From positions 104,782,001 to 104,846,000 of the forward strand of contig NC_087436.1 in the NCBI RefSeq assembly GCF_036321535.1: DNA of 64,000 nt, given 5' to 3'. The position numbers were made by a program, and so were the translations under genes. This document shows positions 1 through 13,190 of the stretch, piece by piece. The notes beneath the pieces are model-generated. The model made no database searches. It worked only from the letters and a program-made list of their open reading frames with translations, and was not told the DNA's origin. Source of the DNA: Camelus dromedarius (taxonomy: Eukaryota). Each line of letters opens with the position of its first letter. Position 1 is the stretch's first letter.

Positions 1-637
1 CTCGATGGAATTCTGTCTCTAACCCACCCCAAGAAGTCTTGGGATCCACTGGGCTCAAAGCTTTCTATGACCCTCTGGTTCTAAAATTCTGAAGGAGGTG
101 AATCCTGTGATCTTCCTCAGGGTAAATATTTGAGGCTTCATCTACTGGTCAATCCCAAAGCTTGTGTTTAAGAATGTGGCTTGTAATCTTAGCACTTCAA
201 ACCGAGAACCTAAAGCTAAAGGCAAAAAGCTAAAGAAACAAAAGGCTAAAGACAGTCACTGAAACAGGGATTTAAAGCCATGTCATTTATTTGGGAGGTG
301 ATGTGGGAAGAGGGAAGGGGGACAGGCAAAAGAAGGAAGCCAGTTAAGGGATGTTAATAAGTGGATTGTTGCTGTGTAGATCTGGGGCTCAGTCCCACAG
401 TGGGTCGTTTCCCCAGCTCCCAGCCCCTGCTGGTTGGGGGCTGCTCCTTGGGGCTGACTCCCTGGTGATTCTGATTTGTCCCTTGAGTACACGGTCAGAG
501 ACTGAGGATGTGTCAGTTTCCTGGGAGCTGTCCACAGCTGACCTCTAGGGTAGGTGGAGGGGATGTTAGTGGAACACCAGCAGCTTTTCCAGGGAGACTA
601 AACATAAAGCATTTTCCTGTTAAAAGCCACAACAATA

Positions 638-1155
638 TCCATCCATTCATTCACTAAGTACTGATTGTCAGGTGCTGCTCTGAGTGCACGGATGTGTCAG
701 TGAACAAGAGGGACATGGACCTTGCTTTTGTGGAGTGTATTTTCCAACAGGAGATGCAGCGAACACATAAGATACATGATAGATAAGTGAATTATACATA
801 GTATTACAGAATAACATTCACAATAAATGTGTGAGCTCTACAGTGCTGGTGGGGGGTGGGAGGGGTTGAGGGTGCCAGGTTCTGTGTGGAGAGGTTGCAG
901 TTTTAAATGTGGAGATTAGGGGACCCTCTTTGAGAAAAGGTTTGAAGAAGGTGATAGAAGAAGCCATGGAGAAATTTGGTGGGAGAGAATTCAAGGTGGA
1001 GAAAACACTTTTTGAGGTGGAAACACACACAGGCCTGATGTGTTCCTGGAGTAGTGAGAAGGTCGTTGTGCCTGGAGCAGAGAGAACAGGAGAGAAAGGA
1101 AGAGATATGAAGTCGGTGGTGGGAGAGGCCAGATCATGGAGGATGTCCTGAAGTG
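638..1155 (-). mobile_element. L2 LINE 3' fragment
   Basis: atccattcattcac start and cagtgaacaag...ccttgctt...gagtgtattttcc, typical of a reversed L2 3' end. Confidence 0.65.
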
Positions 1156-1159
1156 GGGT

Positions 1160-1550
1160 GTATAAGTTATCCATTCTTTGTAACTAATTACCATATACTT
1201 AACAGCTTAAAACTGTGCAAAATATTGTCTGTTTCCTGGGTCAATAGTCTGGGTATGGGTTATCTTGATCCTCTGTTCTGGGCCTCACCTGGATGAAACC
1301 AAGGTGTCAGCTGGGGCTGTGATCTCAGAACCCTGAGCTCAGGGTCCTCTCCCAGGCTCACCAGTTGTTGGCAGAATTTATATCCTTGTGGTTGCGGGAC
1401 CAAGATCCCATTTTCTTGCCAGCTGTTGGCCACATTTTATTTTACTCATCTCTCTAAATATCCTGTCTTCACATACAGTCACATTCTGAGATGCCGGGGA
1501 TTAGGAATTCAACCTATGAATTTTGAGGGGACACAATTGAGCCCATCCCA
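1160..1550 (-). mobile_element. MaLR (MLT1-type) solo LTR
   Basis: cagcttaaaac...ccaaggtgtcagctggggctgtgatctca...gggattaggaattcaacctatgaattttgaggggacacaattgagcccat. Confidence 0.7.
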
Positions 1551-3129
1551 CCTATGTTTGTGTAATGGTGTTAGGCATTCTAGGGGCTAGAGAAGCAACC
1601 TCCCTCACTTGTCTTCCCCTTCCTTTACTGGACACACATGCAGGAGGCCAGGGCCTCGGGGACTTGCTGTACCATGTTCTCTGCTATTAACTCACTGCAA
1701 TTATTCTCATCATTACTGAAAACCACTGTGTTTGGCAAGAGCTGGTGCGACATTAATAGGGAGCCCTAACAGGTCAAGGAGTCATGTGTCTTGTCAGTGG
1801 AGAACAGGAGTGACCCTTCTGAGATTCTCAGTCCGCTGCCTGACTTGTTCTCCAAAGCCACAGGCTGAACCTTCAAAAGGCAGGGACTGGCAAAAACCAA
1901 GTCCTGCTCTCTTTGTTACAAAAACCAAATGATGGTTTTGTGCTTGGGTATCTTACGTTTGCAATGTGAGTCCACATTGAGTGGAAGCACAAATAAAAAT
2001 AAAAAATAGCCATTTTAGAGAGCAGATTTTGCTTATTCCACAAGATTAAATCCCTGGAGCTGCCATTTTCCTAGTAATTTCAAAACCAGACATCGGTTGT
2101 ATTTTTTCCTAAACACAATTGTCTTCATTTGAACTTCTCAGAGGGAGTACGCCCCTTCAGGCTTTTGCTCAACTTAGCAAGGGCCGCAAACAGCGTGTCC
2201 CTTATATATGTTTACTCTGTATCCCGGCATCACATTTATGAGGTTAAGTGGCTCCAGTGTACTCCAGGGCACATGCACGTAGCAGGAAAGCTCCGAAGCT
2301 GGCAACTCACATTTGCCCAAATTGATTCCACATCTGCCTTAAGTAGATCCACTCCCTCTGATACAAGCATGCTTGCTTTTTTTTTTCTCTCCCCTTGCAA
2401 GTCAGTGTATGCTATTAGAGGTTGAAAATAAAGGGGATGTTTTAGAAAAGAAGAAAAACCAGTTAAAAGTCAGCCTGAAGTTCAGAATACTACTGTGGGG
2501 TACTGTTCCTTCTTGGAAGAAAACTAAGTAACTGCTAAGTTATAAGACATTCCAAGCCTAGCTCATTTGTTCACACTGCACAACCCTCTAGTGTGAAAAT
2601 CTTACGGTAAAATTCTCAACCAACAGAAATATGAAGAAACCTCACCTATCCAGAACAATGCAGAAACAGAAAGCAAATACCAAAAAAGAAAAAGAAAAAA
2701 ACAAAAACAAAAAAACCCAAAAAACACCTCGGGGCAGCCAAAATGTCACAAAGCCCTTGCACTTTATCCACACCAGAGCCTCTAAATCCACATTAAAAGC
2801 GTTTACTTTTACTTGATGCCAGATTCCAGAATTTTTGCTAATGCGTCCCAATCTCACTGCAGACTAGAAGCAGCAAATCCGAGATGAAGCCAGAGCCTCT
2901 TCCTTATAGCTGTGAGGCAGGGCAGAGATAAGAAAAGCCAGAAATCTCACAAGCACAGCAGGCAAACGTCTGACCTACCCCCAAAGCCCCTTAGACACAG
3001 CTGTACAAGAATAATAAGCTCAAATTACAAAGGGAGGCTGAATTATGTTTAACAGCCTTTATTTAAGGTGGAAATGACATGTGGGATACATTTTAGAAAA
3101 AATGATTAAAATATAAAATTGAAATGCCT

Positions 3130-3680
3130 CATCAAGACTCTTTTGGTTGCATGTGACAAACCCAATCTAAACTGGTGCAAAAAGGGAATTTATTGACATT
3201 ATTCATTCATCCAGAGATATCCTGCTTCAGACATAAATGAACCCAGGTGTGAACATCATCTGGATCTGGCTTCTGTCTCCTACTGTTTCTTTCTATGATG
3301 GTGTTTGTTAGTCTTAGACCAGCTCTGCCCTCATGGTGGCAAGATGGCTGCAAATAGCTCCAAATCTGATGAAAAAGAAACCACACTAATCCAACCACAT
3401 ATGCCAACAGGCAAGCTTAACTCGAGCTAGACCTCATTAGTTTGATTTTGGTACCTTGCTAACCTCAGATCCAATCTCTGTGGCCAGGAGTTTGCACCAT
3501 GTTCTGATTGGCCAGACTTGGACCGCATGCCTGCTCCTGCGGCATGGGGTGAAGTCAGCACCCAAAGCAGGGGGAAAGAGTGGGAGAGGGAAGAACTAAA
3601 CTGGGGTTAGGAAGTGGGATTAAATGTCCCCATGAGACAGGGAGTGAGATGTTGGGCAGAGAGTGACTAATGCCAACCAG
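3130..3680 (-). mobile_element. Old MaLR LTR (MLT1J/K-like)
   Basis: tcaagactcttttggttgcatgtgacaaacccaatctaaactgg...aagggaatttattg; catggtggcaagatggctgc; tctgattggccagacttgg. Confidence 0.65.
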
Positions 3681-5304
3681 GAGAGAGAAAACCTGTAACT
3701 GTCTAGGACATCCAGCATGACTCTTTCTTTTGGAGGTGCTGGGCTTAAGCACTTTTTACATTCGCAGATGATTGTGATTTATGTCTTTTATAGTCTAAAA
3801 AATGATTACAACTGTAGAAAATGATTATGACTCTGGAGTTTTCAACTACATGACCAAATTCCCTTTTAGCACCATGTGGAGTTTGGTTTTCTGTCACTTA
3901 CAACCAAAAAAGTCTGGACAAAGCATCTCTTTTTTTTTTTTTTTGGCATTTATTGTAATCACAGATGGTAAGAGAGAGAACCTCAGGCAGAGACCGCCAT
4001 CCCTGTACTGTTGCCCGGCTCTCAGAAGGAGTGGTGACTCCTCTTTTCACCCAGTGTGTTCAGACGATCAGTTTGGGAAACACCACTTAGCAGAAGCAGA
4101 GGAGGGAAGGGCGCCCTGCTGCTTCCAATCAGCTGTGGGGTCCTCAGGGAGGGCGACCTCCTGCCACTGCCTGGCTGCCCTGCTCCAGGAAAGAGAGCAG
4201 CTGAGTTAATGTCCCTCTTCAGGCCACATTCAGCAGAGCAGCGCAGCAGGCGACCCAGCCTGCTACCTTCCCACACACTGGGGTTGCCAATGAGCTGTAT
4301 ATTTTGTCACCACCAGGCAGAATAAGCTGTGGAAGGCTTCCCGCACTCAGCAGGTGCGAGTGAAGTCTGGGAGAGTGAAATTGCTTGTCCTTGGAGTCCC
4401 GCCCAGGGCCAAGAAACCCGGGTGTTTCATCTGCTGATGCCTCAGAACCTGGAGCCTGTCAGCTGGCTGAGCACACAGGGCTTCTGAGCCGCGGGGTCAG
4501 GACCTGAGAACACCTACCAAGCCCCGTCCTCCAAGTCAGAGCTTTGTAACTACCTGCGGCAAAAACCAGTTATTTGCTTCTAACCACCAATCTGTCAAAG
4601 ACCTGGAAAATACGATAAAATTAATCTCATTAAAAATTTAAAAAAATATATAGAAGAGCCAAATTTTAAAACTCCGATTCATAAGATAAAACCTGCTATT
4701 AATGTTTCTCAATAATTATTCTTTGTTTCTGTACCTGTCACGTGGACAGGTGAGTCTCACACAGACCACTTCCTGCTTATGGTACTTCATGTCTATTAAT
4801 TAAATAAAGCTTATCAGCTTGATCTTTGGGCCTTAAACACCATTCTTTTCATTTGTTCCCTCACTCATTCTTTCTACTGCTCATTCGATCCATACAAATA
4901 CTGACAAGTGCCCGGTGTATGTCCAGCCAGGGCTGGTGGTGCACAGGACAGGTAAAGCCTCTGGTTCAGTGTCTCGCCACACAGGCCTGCATCCCAGCCA
5001 AACCATCTCTCAAATGTGAGCTTAGCTTTGCTGACACCACACCTGTGTCTCTCACTGTGTGTCTGAATCCCAGGCACTTTTCATAGCTCTGTTCAAATGT
5101 CAGCTTCTCCATCAATGATAATAGCGATCGTTCATCTGACCTCTGCCAGGTCAATATTTGCTGGGTACCTCACATACAGTATGTTCCTAATTTCCCCAAC
5201 AACCCTGCGGTGTAAGTTTTACCATCCCTCCTGAAACCCGTACTCCTCCTGCTGGACAAGGTGGTTCTCTGGAAAGTTTCCTGATTCCACAATCTTTATA
5301 TCTC

Positions 5305-5815
5305 TTTTTTAAAAATTTATTGAAGTATGACATACATTTAGAAAAGTATGTGAATTTGTACAGCTCAATACACCCAAGTAACCTGCACTCAGATCAGAAA
5401 AACAGAACGTTATCAGTGCCTTGAAGACTCCTATACCCTTTCCCAGTCACTACCCCGCCCCCTCTTCCTAGGAGTAGTCACTATCATACCTTCTAACTCT
5501 ATGGCTTAACTCATCCCATTTTTATTCTTTATCCGAATGGAATCTAAAAGTACTCTTGTGACTGGCTTGGTTCATTCACATTGTTTGTGAGATTCATTCC
5601 ATTGTTCATTCTCACTGCTGCATTGTATTCCATTGTGTATGTCAGTTTATTTAATCATTGCACTGTTGATGGGCATTTGGTAAGTTTTCAGAGCTGCTGT
5701 GAACATTCTAGACTGTCTTTTGGTGAATTTTGGATGGATTTCTGCTGCATAAATAACTAGAATTGCAGGGACACAGGGCTTGCATGTGCTCAGTGTCAGA
5801 AGACACTATGAACCT
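5305..5815 (-). mobile_element. Ancient L1M 3' UTR fragment
   Basis: tttattgaagtatgacatacatttagaaaagt...tgagattcattccattg...tattccattgtgt...ctgttgatgggcatttgg...gctgctgtgaacattct. Confidence 0.75.
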
Positions 5816-6446
5816 CTTTTAAAGGTACTTTTAATAGTTCACATTATTTTAATCTTATCTGTGAATTTACATCATTTCCTTTACTAGATTGTAAATGGCT
5901 TTTCAATTGAATAAATACTGTTTGTGCCCTAGCTCAAAAAAAAAAAATGAGGGTTCTAACATACAATATAAGATCAAAAACTAAAGTGGGAAAGGAGAAA
6001 GGAAAATAAAGTCGGGAAAAAAAGACTGAAGGGAATGTAATGGCTCAGATAAATTCCACAAGGTCCTAGGTACTTTTTTAAAAACTAGACCACAAATGTG
6101 GTTGAGCTTCCTATCAGCCAATACAAAGAGGGAAACAAATTATACAAATCAACGTTCACAGGACATGCACCAACTGTTCGGCAGTGTGGCTATTTCTGGT
6201 GCTGAGATTAGAAAAATGTCAGCCAGAGTTTTCCTAGAGAGGGTATTTTTTGACGTTGAAAATGATGGAGCCAACAACTTCATTTCAGTAATAACAATAG
6301 GAAATTTTGTCAGTTTCTCCTCTGCTCTTATAACCTCCCTCATTATGGACATGCCTAAGCACAGTTCACAAGCAACTCTGAGCGAGTGCAAGCAGATACA
6401 CATTCTTCAATAGGTCTAAGTCCAAGAAAAAGAAAAAACAGACAAC

Positions 6447-6909
6447 CAGACTCAAAAGTGTGGTCCAGAGACCTCTCCAGGTCTCTGGGACCTTTTCAGG
6501 GGGGTTGCATGATCAAAAGTATTTTTACACTACTATTAAAGCTTTTTTGCCTTTTTATTCTCATCTTCTTATGAGTGTATACAGTAGTTTTCCAAAGGCC
6601 ACATGACGGAGCAACAGATCAAATGCAGAAGTAGAAATGAGAATCTAGCATCTTCTATTAAGCCAGACATTAAACAAATGTGCAAATTATTTTTTTGTCT
6701 TGGAAAATAAAATTTTCACACAAAAATGTCATATTAACCTATATGGGTTTATTATTGATATTCTTAAATGAGTTAATATAGTTTAAAAAATATTTTAATT
6801 TCTAATACAGTAAGCATCTCTAGATACAACCCATAGAAGAAACACTGAAATTCTCAAAAATGTTTGTGTGTTAAAGGGGTCCTGAGACTAAAAAGTTGGA
6901 GAACCACTG
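6447..6909. mobile_element. hAT-Charlie (Charlie1-like) non-autonomous DNA transposon
   Basis: ctcaaaagtgtggtccagagacc...gggaccttttcaggggg at one end and aaaggggtcctgagactaaaaagttggagaaccactg at the other. Confidence 0.65.
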
Positions 6910-8174
6910 GTCTAGCAGAGGATTTCCCCTAAAGGATGTTGGTGGTCATTAGGTCCAGAAGATAATCAGTAAAAAATGCTCTGTGATAAATACATTTGGG
7001 AAATGTTATGTCTCTCTTGGAAATGGTCAAATTAGAAGCAAATAAACCTAATTAACTTTAACTCTGTTTCCTAACTGTATTTGATGAAGATCCCTCTTTC
7101 CAGTGCTTCCAGCATCCTCCCAGAGGCACACCTGGAAGCTGCCTGGAGCCACTACAAGACCCTCCGTCAACACTCTTACAACCCGGCTTTTGTCAAGCAT
7201 GGGCAGCAGAGTCTGACATTACACCTCTGATAACATCAAGAGTGACCCTTTCAAAAACATCAAGGCAGCTGAGCAGGACAGGAAGCCTCTTTATCTCTGC
7301 AAAGAGGTAGACCAACGGCAAGGTCAAGACCAGGACAAAGATCCCACCCAGGAGGCTAAATTGAATCTGTTCCAGGCGACAAGTAAGCCATCAGGGCTGC
7401 CAAGTTCTTCTCTACAACATTTAGACACAGTCATTTCAGCTTGGATATTTTCCAAAGCAGATGGGACCAGCACTGGCCACTGTCACAGATAAGTCTCAAT
7501 TAAGCACCCACTGGATGTGACTTTAAGTCACACGACCTTCTAGTGCCCCTTCCAAGGAAAACAGTGGTCACACGTACGCTGAATGAGTCAACTTCTTTTA
7601 TTGGGGTTGTTAACTGTAAGTCAACTAAATGTTAGGGAATGCCTACCAAAATATGACGACTTTGGTTTTGGAACTATCAATCTTATTTCTTTTTGACAGT
7701 AATCAACATAATTATGCCAGTTGTCTGTTAAGCAAACTCCCAGTTCACAATAATGAAATTATGTCATCAGGCAGCTCATCTCAAAGCGCACACATGCAGT
7801 AATGAGCGAGGCGCTCTGCGAGACAGAAAAATGAGGGGTGTGTCTCTTCAAAAGCACATCATCTAGCAAGCGGGCAGAAAGAGCACTAGAGCAAGAAGGT
7901 ACCTGGTAGAGAATCACATTCAATAAATGTCTGTCTCTGCAAATCTGCTCTTTACTTTTAAGATTTCTACTTGTATACAATTTGACAACCACCACACAAA
8001 TACCTAGTCAAATATAATCTAGTCAAATAGTACTTCTTGGTACAATTTAATGAGCTTATAAAAAAGGACTTACAAAAAACACTTACACCATTGTCAAGTA
8101 AAAAGAAATCATTTTAATACACACATTTTTACTTCCTTTAACTCAGCACTGGTTTCTGCTACACATGCACACCC

Positions 8175-8733
8175 ATTTAGTTTGAACTTGCTTCATATTT
8201 ATTTTCCAACGTGCAGCAACCTTCCCAACGAGCTAGTTGAGCTGAACTGTTTATTCTTAAGTAATAATGTACCTTGTCCTCAAAGAGTTTTATCAACTTT
8301 AACATTTTCGAAGAGCCCTATGAGGCTGCTCACTATGGTGGCTTTTAGCTGAAATTTCCTTTTGGAAGATGGCAAAACAGACAAACAGACTAGGATCTTC
8401 TCAATTCTACTGGTTGCTTACATTCATATCACAGCTCGGTTGGGTAAGAGGTAGAGACGGAATAATAAGTAGATCGCCTCCAAACACAGCTGGGTGAGAG
8501 AGCTTCATTTTTAGAAAGGAAACCGAATCATGAAAGCCTTCCTAATGGTGTGATTTGTTCCAGGGTTCTCTGATATTTAAGAAGGGAATTAATTCTTGTG
8601 CACAGCACTCTTGACGACATTAGAGACTTTTCTTCTCCAGCCATCATTCTCTAGCCAGGCGATTTATTGAACTTGGGGCAGTTGAAAGCACAAGGACTGT
8701 CTCCTTTCACAATCAGAGGTGGGGACAGCCTTC
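8175..8733 (-). other. SMIM20: SMIM20 3' UTR (3' end approximate)
   Basis: Follows the TGA at 8736-8734; repeat-free; ends near two AATAAA hexamers followed by a GU-rich tract. Confidence 0.65.
8198..8255 (-). terminator. Two polyadenylation signals for SMIM20 (AATAAA at 8255-8250 and 8203-8198)
   Basis: Plus-strand tttatt at 8250-8255 and 8198-8203. The distal signal is followed about 25 nt later by GGGTGTGCATGTGT on the minus strand (about 8174-8161), a GU-rich downstream element. Confidence 0.7.
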
Positions 8734-8771
8734 TCATTTCCGGCCAAATGGATCCGACCACACTTTTAACC
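8734..8771 (-). CDS. SMIM20: SMIM20 coding exon 3 (38 coding nt): (G)LKVWSDPFGRK-stop; C-terminus of phoenixin plus GRK amidation/cleavage signal
   Basis: Minus strand reads ctatttctctctatag|GG TTA AAA GTG TGG TCG GAT CCA TTT GGC CGG AAA TGA. Total CDS is 109+57+38=204 nt = 67 aa + stop. Confidence 0.97.
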
Positions 8772-9540
8772 CTATAGAGAGAAATAGGAATAAAAACAGG
8801 ATTCGTTTGTAGACTTCCTACCACTTCCCTCAACACCAAACAAACAAGATGACATCAGAACTGAGTTGTGCAATTTCTACGCAGTTTGAGGCAGGGCGGG
8901 GAAGCTGTCAGAGCCCCGGAATGGAAGGGCTAGGAAGCTGAGGAATCCATGAGGGACTTTAAAACGGCTCGGAAATGGCCCCGTGACAGGGAGATATGTA
9001 TTTGGCCTCGTTAAAAAAATAAATAAAAAAGACCACAGCCACAGATTACAAGTTTTGGCTAATAAGCTGGAAACCTCTCATTCTCAGCCAACTTGGATCG
9101 TCTTAAAGTAACTAACCGTTCAGCCATAAAGGGAACTTTTGAGCTTTTGTATAAAGCTGAATCCTGCATCAATTAAAAGAGCTCACAAATAAACAGTACT
9201 TTCCCATGAGGGTAGTGTTTAAATAGGTGCTTGGTAAATAAGCCTGCAAAACAGCTATTTGCGCTTCATATTTAATTGCACGCTTGTTACACGTTGGTGC
9301 CCCCTGATCAAATGCAAAAGAGAAACGTGCAAACGTGCAAAAACTATTCTTGAGTGAAATGGTAAGATGAAGTCTTGGGGTGGCACCTCTGAAGTGGCAA
9401 CTGCTGTGGAGTAAACAGCACAATCACAATCGAGCCTCGAAGTGAAAAAGATTTCTCCCGCTACAAAGCAAACATCCCCCGCCTCCCGCCCCAACAACAC
9501 AATAGTCCACGTGGGACTGTGTTTTGATTTTTAAGTTTAC

Positions 9541-9597
9541 CTGGTGGCTGCACATCTTCTTGAACAATACCAGCTCGATTTACGGCTTGTTCCTTCT
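9541..9597 (-). CDS. SMIM20: SMIM20 coding exon 2 (57 nt): (Q)KEQAVNRAGIVQEDVQPP(G)
   Basis: Minus strand reads ttgtgtttcttag|AGAAGGAACAAGCCGTAAATCGAGCTGGTATTGTTCAAGAAGATGTGCAGCCACCAG|gtaaac. Phase 1 on both sides, in frame with exons 1 and 3. Too short for the ORF track; read by hand. Confidence 0.97.
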
Positions 9598-12394
9598 CTA
9601 AGAAACACAACAGAGAAATTACTCTTTAGAGAGGGGTGTGGGGGGCAGCGGGAGTGGAAATCCTATCTAGATGGGAAAATTAGAAAACAATAGAGCTGAG
9701 TGCAGGCAGATTCAGAGCCGCTATGCAAAGCTTTTAGGTTATGGAAGTTAGATCCCATCAAGCAAAAAGATTGGATATTTTCAGTAAAAGCAAGCAAGCT
9801 GTACTTCAGAAGAAAAGCTCCCAACGAACATCTTTTCTCGGTGATCTCAGCAGTTTGGAAAGGCAACAAAAACAACAGAAAAAGAACAGTTTTGAAAGAA
9901 CTGGTGGGTGTGATATTAGGAGGGCAAGACTGCTGAATTGAAGAAACAAGTACAATTAACAAGAAAACGATGTAGTTTATGTGTCGAAAATGTACTCCAC
10001 TGAAGGCCTAGACCCAGAGCTAAATATGCTGTTTTTGATAGGAAATAGAGCAGAAAATTAATCTTTGGGTGGGTGGCTTTGGTTGGGATAATTGAAGCTT
10101 CCCTAATTGATTGCAGGTGCTGCGCCAATTAGTAAGCACGTTTTAGTGACAGCCGCTTAGCCGATCTCTTTGGAGATGTCCAACAGGCGAGGGCCAAGAG
10201 AAATTGGGCATTTTATGTTTGTGGGCTTCAAGCACTCTGACACATCTTTCTAAGTGGTTTCGAATAAACCCAAGGGCTGTGAAAACAAAGACTTATTATT
10301 TTAGGTCTCTTGACAAACAAATGGTGGCTTTTCAGGAGAAGGACTTAGAGCCAAGGGATGTTTATTACTATATTATAGTAATTAAGTGTTGTAATTGGAA
10401 CTTTATTTTAATCAGGCTGACAGTGTTTCTTTAAATCCACATTTAGCTCTTATTTAATATTAGGCAGTTTTCTTTATTCTGGCCTCTGGATTCGTATAAA
10501 GTTACACAAGCATAACGGTACAAGAAACAGGAATTTGCCAAACTGGGAATATTCATTGAACTTGCTTCTCCCGTGATGTGACAGGAAGTCAATCCTAAGT
10601 GGCCTATCTGATAGTTTTATCAATGCCAAATTTTGCTTTGGCAAATAAAACACTGGGCAATAAGAATGATGTGAATCTTGACATCCAACCCTAAGCAAGA
10701 AGACACAGCATGAGGAAGCCCCTTATAGACAACAGTCCGATGGTTTCACTGGGCCTCTCTGAGAAGCAGCAGGTGAACAACAACCAAGACCCTGTGGACC
10801 AAGAAATGCCAAAGACTTCTCCCATCCAGAGTGGATGATAATGGGGCCTCTCAGGTGTCAGACTTTCTAAAATAACTCAACACAAAAGCCGAGCTCATTT
10901 CCTAAGAAGTTAAATTCCTGCAGGATTGAGCCCTACTGCACCGTCAGTAAGTCTCCAAGTATGGATGTGTCTCAAACACGCTCTTAGAAAATGCCAACCA
11001 GGAAAAGACTACTCTGTCATCGATCATGCCAGGGCCAAAAATAGATATCATTTTTTTACACCTATAAGGTCTATTCTCCAGTATTATGGAAGAAGGAAGA
11101 GATGAGTTTTTTAAAAATGCTGGATTGCCAGAAAGCATTCTAGACGTCCAGATTTAAGACAATCAGACATCCTGGTATACCGAACATGTTCTCCGAGAGG
11201 CCCGGTCCAGCAAAGCCAAAGAAGCTGGCAGACTGCCAAGCATCACAGGAAGTTGACTTCTGGTAGCAACAGAATGCCTAATTGTGCTCTAACCTCTTAC
11301 AACGCAATGGAGAACCAAGGGAAGAGAAAAGAATCCGTCTTCACACTTCCTTGCTAATTGCTAATGAGGTTGGAGAGAGGCTGAGGATTTATTTTAAATA
11401 GACCATAATCTCTTTATAATCCTTGTCCTTACGCAACCACCTCTTTTTTCAGCTTGGAGAGGCAATTTAAACCGATTTGCTGAACCAGTTCCTACCAAGC
11501 GATAACCAGTATTAGCATCCTATCTACATCCCCGGTTCTTTAATCCATTAACGTCTTATAAATACTCTAAGGCCACAGCAGTCTTACACAAACTCGTGAT
11601 ATGACACAAAGACACTTTATTTGTGAACACAGAGCATGCTAAGGGGAAAACAAGCTGGTCCCTCAGGATTTAGCAAGTACATCTTGATGAGGTTTCTATT
11701 TTGCTATCATTAGAGAAACAGCAAACGTCTATCAACCTCAGGAAAAGGGCAACGCAGAAGTCAGGGGTTTAACTATGTGGATAGATCAAGATAAGCTAAT
11801 TACTGACTTTTCAGTAGTGAGCACGTTTTCTATCAGGAGTGAAATGATTAAAACACTAACAGACAACACTGGGCCTGGAGCTTTGCGACGCCGGTTAGGA
11901 AAGTCCCCACTTGGGCATCTCAGCAAGCCCGACTCTGCCCCCTGGTGCTAAGGCAGTGAGCTGATTTGCAGCTTTAATTGAGGATCATTCTCTCTACTCA
12001 AAGGGCCAGGTATATAATTAAAAACTCAGCAATACAGGCAGACGGGCTCAGTTCTGTATGGGACGATAAGAATCCACCTAACAATTTTTAAGTCTTTGAA
12101 AATGAAACATATCCTTATATTAAATGTCCATATTGTGAAATAATCTATGTGACTTGCTCCTTTATTTAACTGTCACAGCAAATGAATACAGCATACCCAA
12201 GCACCAGCCCCCTCAGCGGTCATCACTGACTAGGCGAGGGCGCTCTAGGGGAGGACCAGCAGGTAGAAACCTAGAAGCGGGTGCCGGTCTCGGGGCCCTA
12301 CGCAGTGAGACTGCCACCTCCGAACACCCCCGCCATCTCCTCCTGCCAATGAACAGTTAAGATAAAAGCAACTCGCAACCTGCAGTAATTGGAC

Positions 12395-12800
12395 AAATGT
12401 CAACATTTGAATATGGGCTGTGTATTACATAATAGCATAGTGTCAATATTAAATTTCCTGGATTGGATAATTGTGATTATGTAAGAGAATGTCCTTGTTC
12501 TCAGGAAGTACCTGCTGAAGTGTTTAGGGATGAAAGCTCACAGTGTCTTCAACTTATTCTCAAGTGGTTCAGCAAAATAAAAGTACACCATTAAAATATG
12601 TGTATATAATTACACATGTATATATATATGTGTCTATGTGTATGTAGATATAGATATGTAACATATATAGAGGGAGAGAAAGCGAATGTGGCAAAATGTT
12701 GACAACTGGTAAATCCAGGTGAAGGACCTAAAGGGATTGACTGTACTATTCTTAAATCTTCTCTGTAGGTTTGGATTTTTCTTTTCTTAATAACAAAAAT
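12395..12800 (+). mobile_element. Ancient L1M (L1MC/ME-like) 3' end with internal (TA/TG)n
   Basis: tgtcaatattaaatttcctg...gagaatgtccttgttctcaggaa...gcgaatgtggcaaaatgttgacaactggtaaatccaggtgaagg. Confidence 0.7.
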
Positions 12801-13190
12801 AAACAACTGCAAAACCAGTATAAGGCAGTCCAATAACACTGAGACTGCTCCATGATGATTACTTCGAAGTATCTTTTTTTAAATGGCAAATATAAAATTA
12901 AAAATACTTTTTCAGTGCTCCCATTTTGCTGCAGTCTGACTGCGGGGTGATTCAGGACTGGATATCTACCCTGGTGGCGAGTGTGAGCCAGCGGCTGAGG
13001 GGACCAAAGGGCCACCGGAAGCATGGATTCCTCCCAATACTGAGGACACTTGTTTTTCACCAGAGTGTGCGGTGGAATCCAGGCAGCTTTGTAAAGCCAG
13101 TTAGAGAATAAGACTTTAGTCTGTGCACTGACCTTGTATTTGACTCTACTGTGAAAGGAAGAAAAAGCAAATTCTTGGCACCTGCCACGT

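Noticed and set aside
5890..6413. Overlapping ORFs on both strands (6096-6413, 6149-6403); possible processed pseudogene or ancient LINE remnant
   Set aside because: No recognisable protein similarity, poly-A tail or TSD; cannot be assigned without a search.
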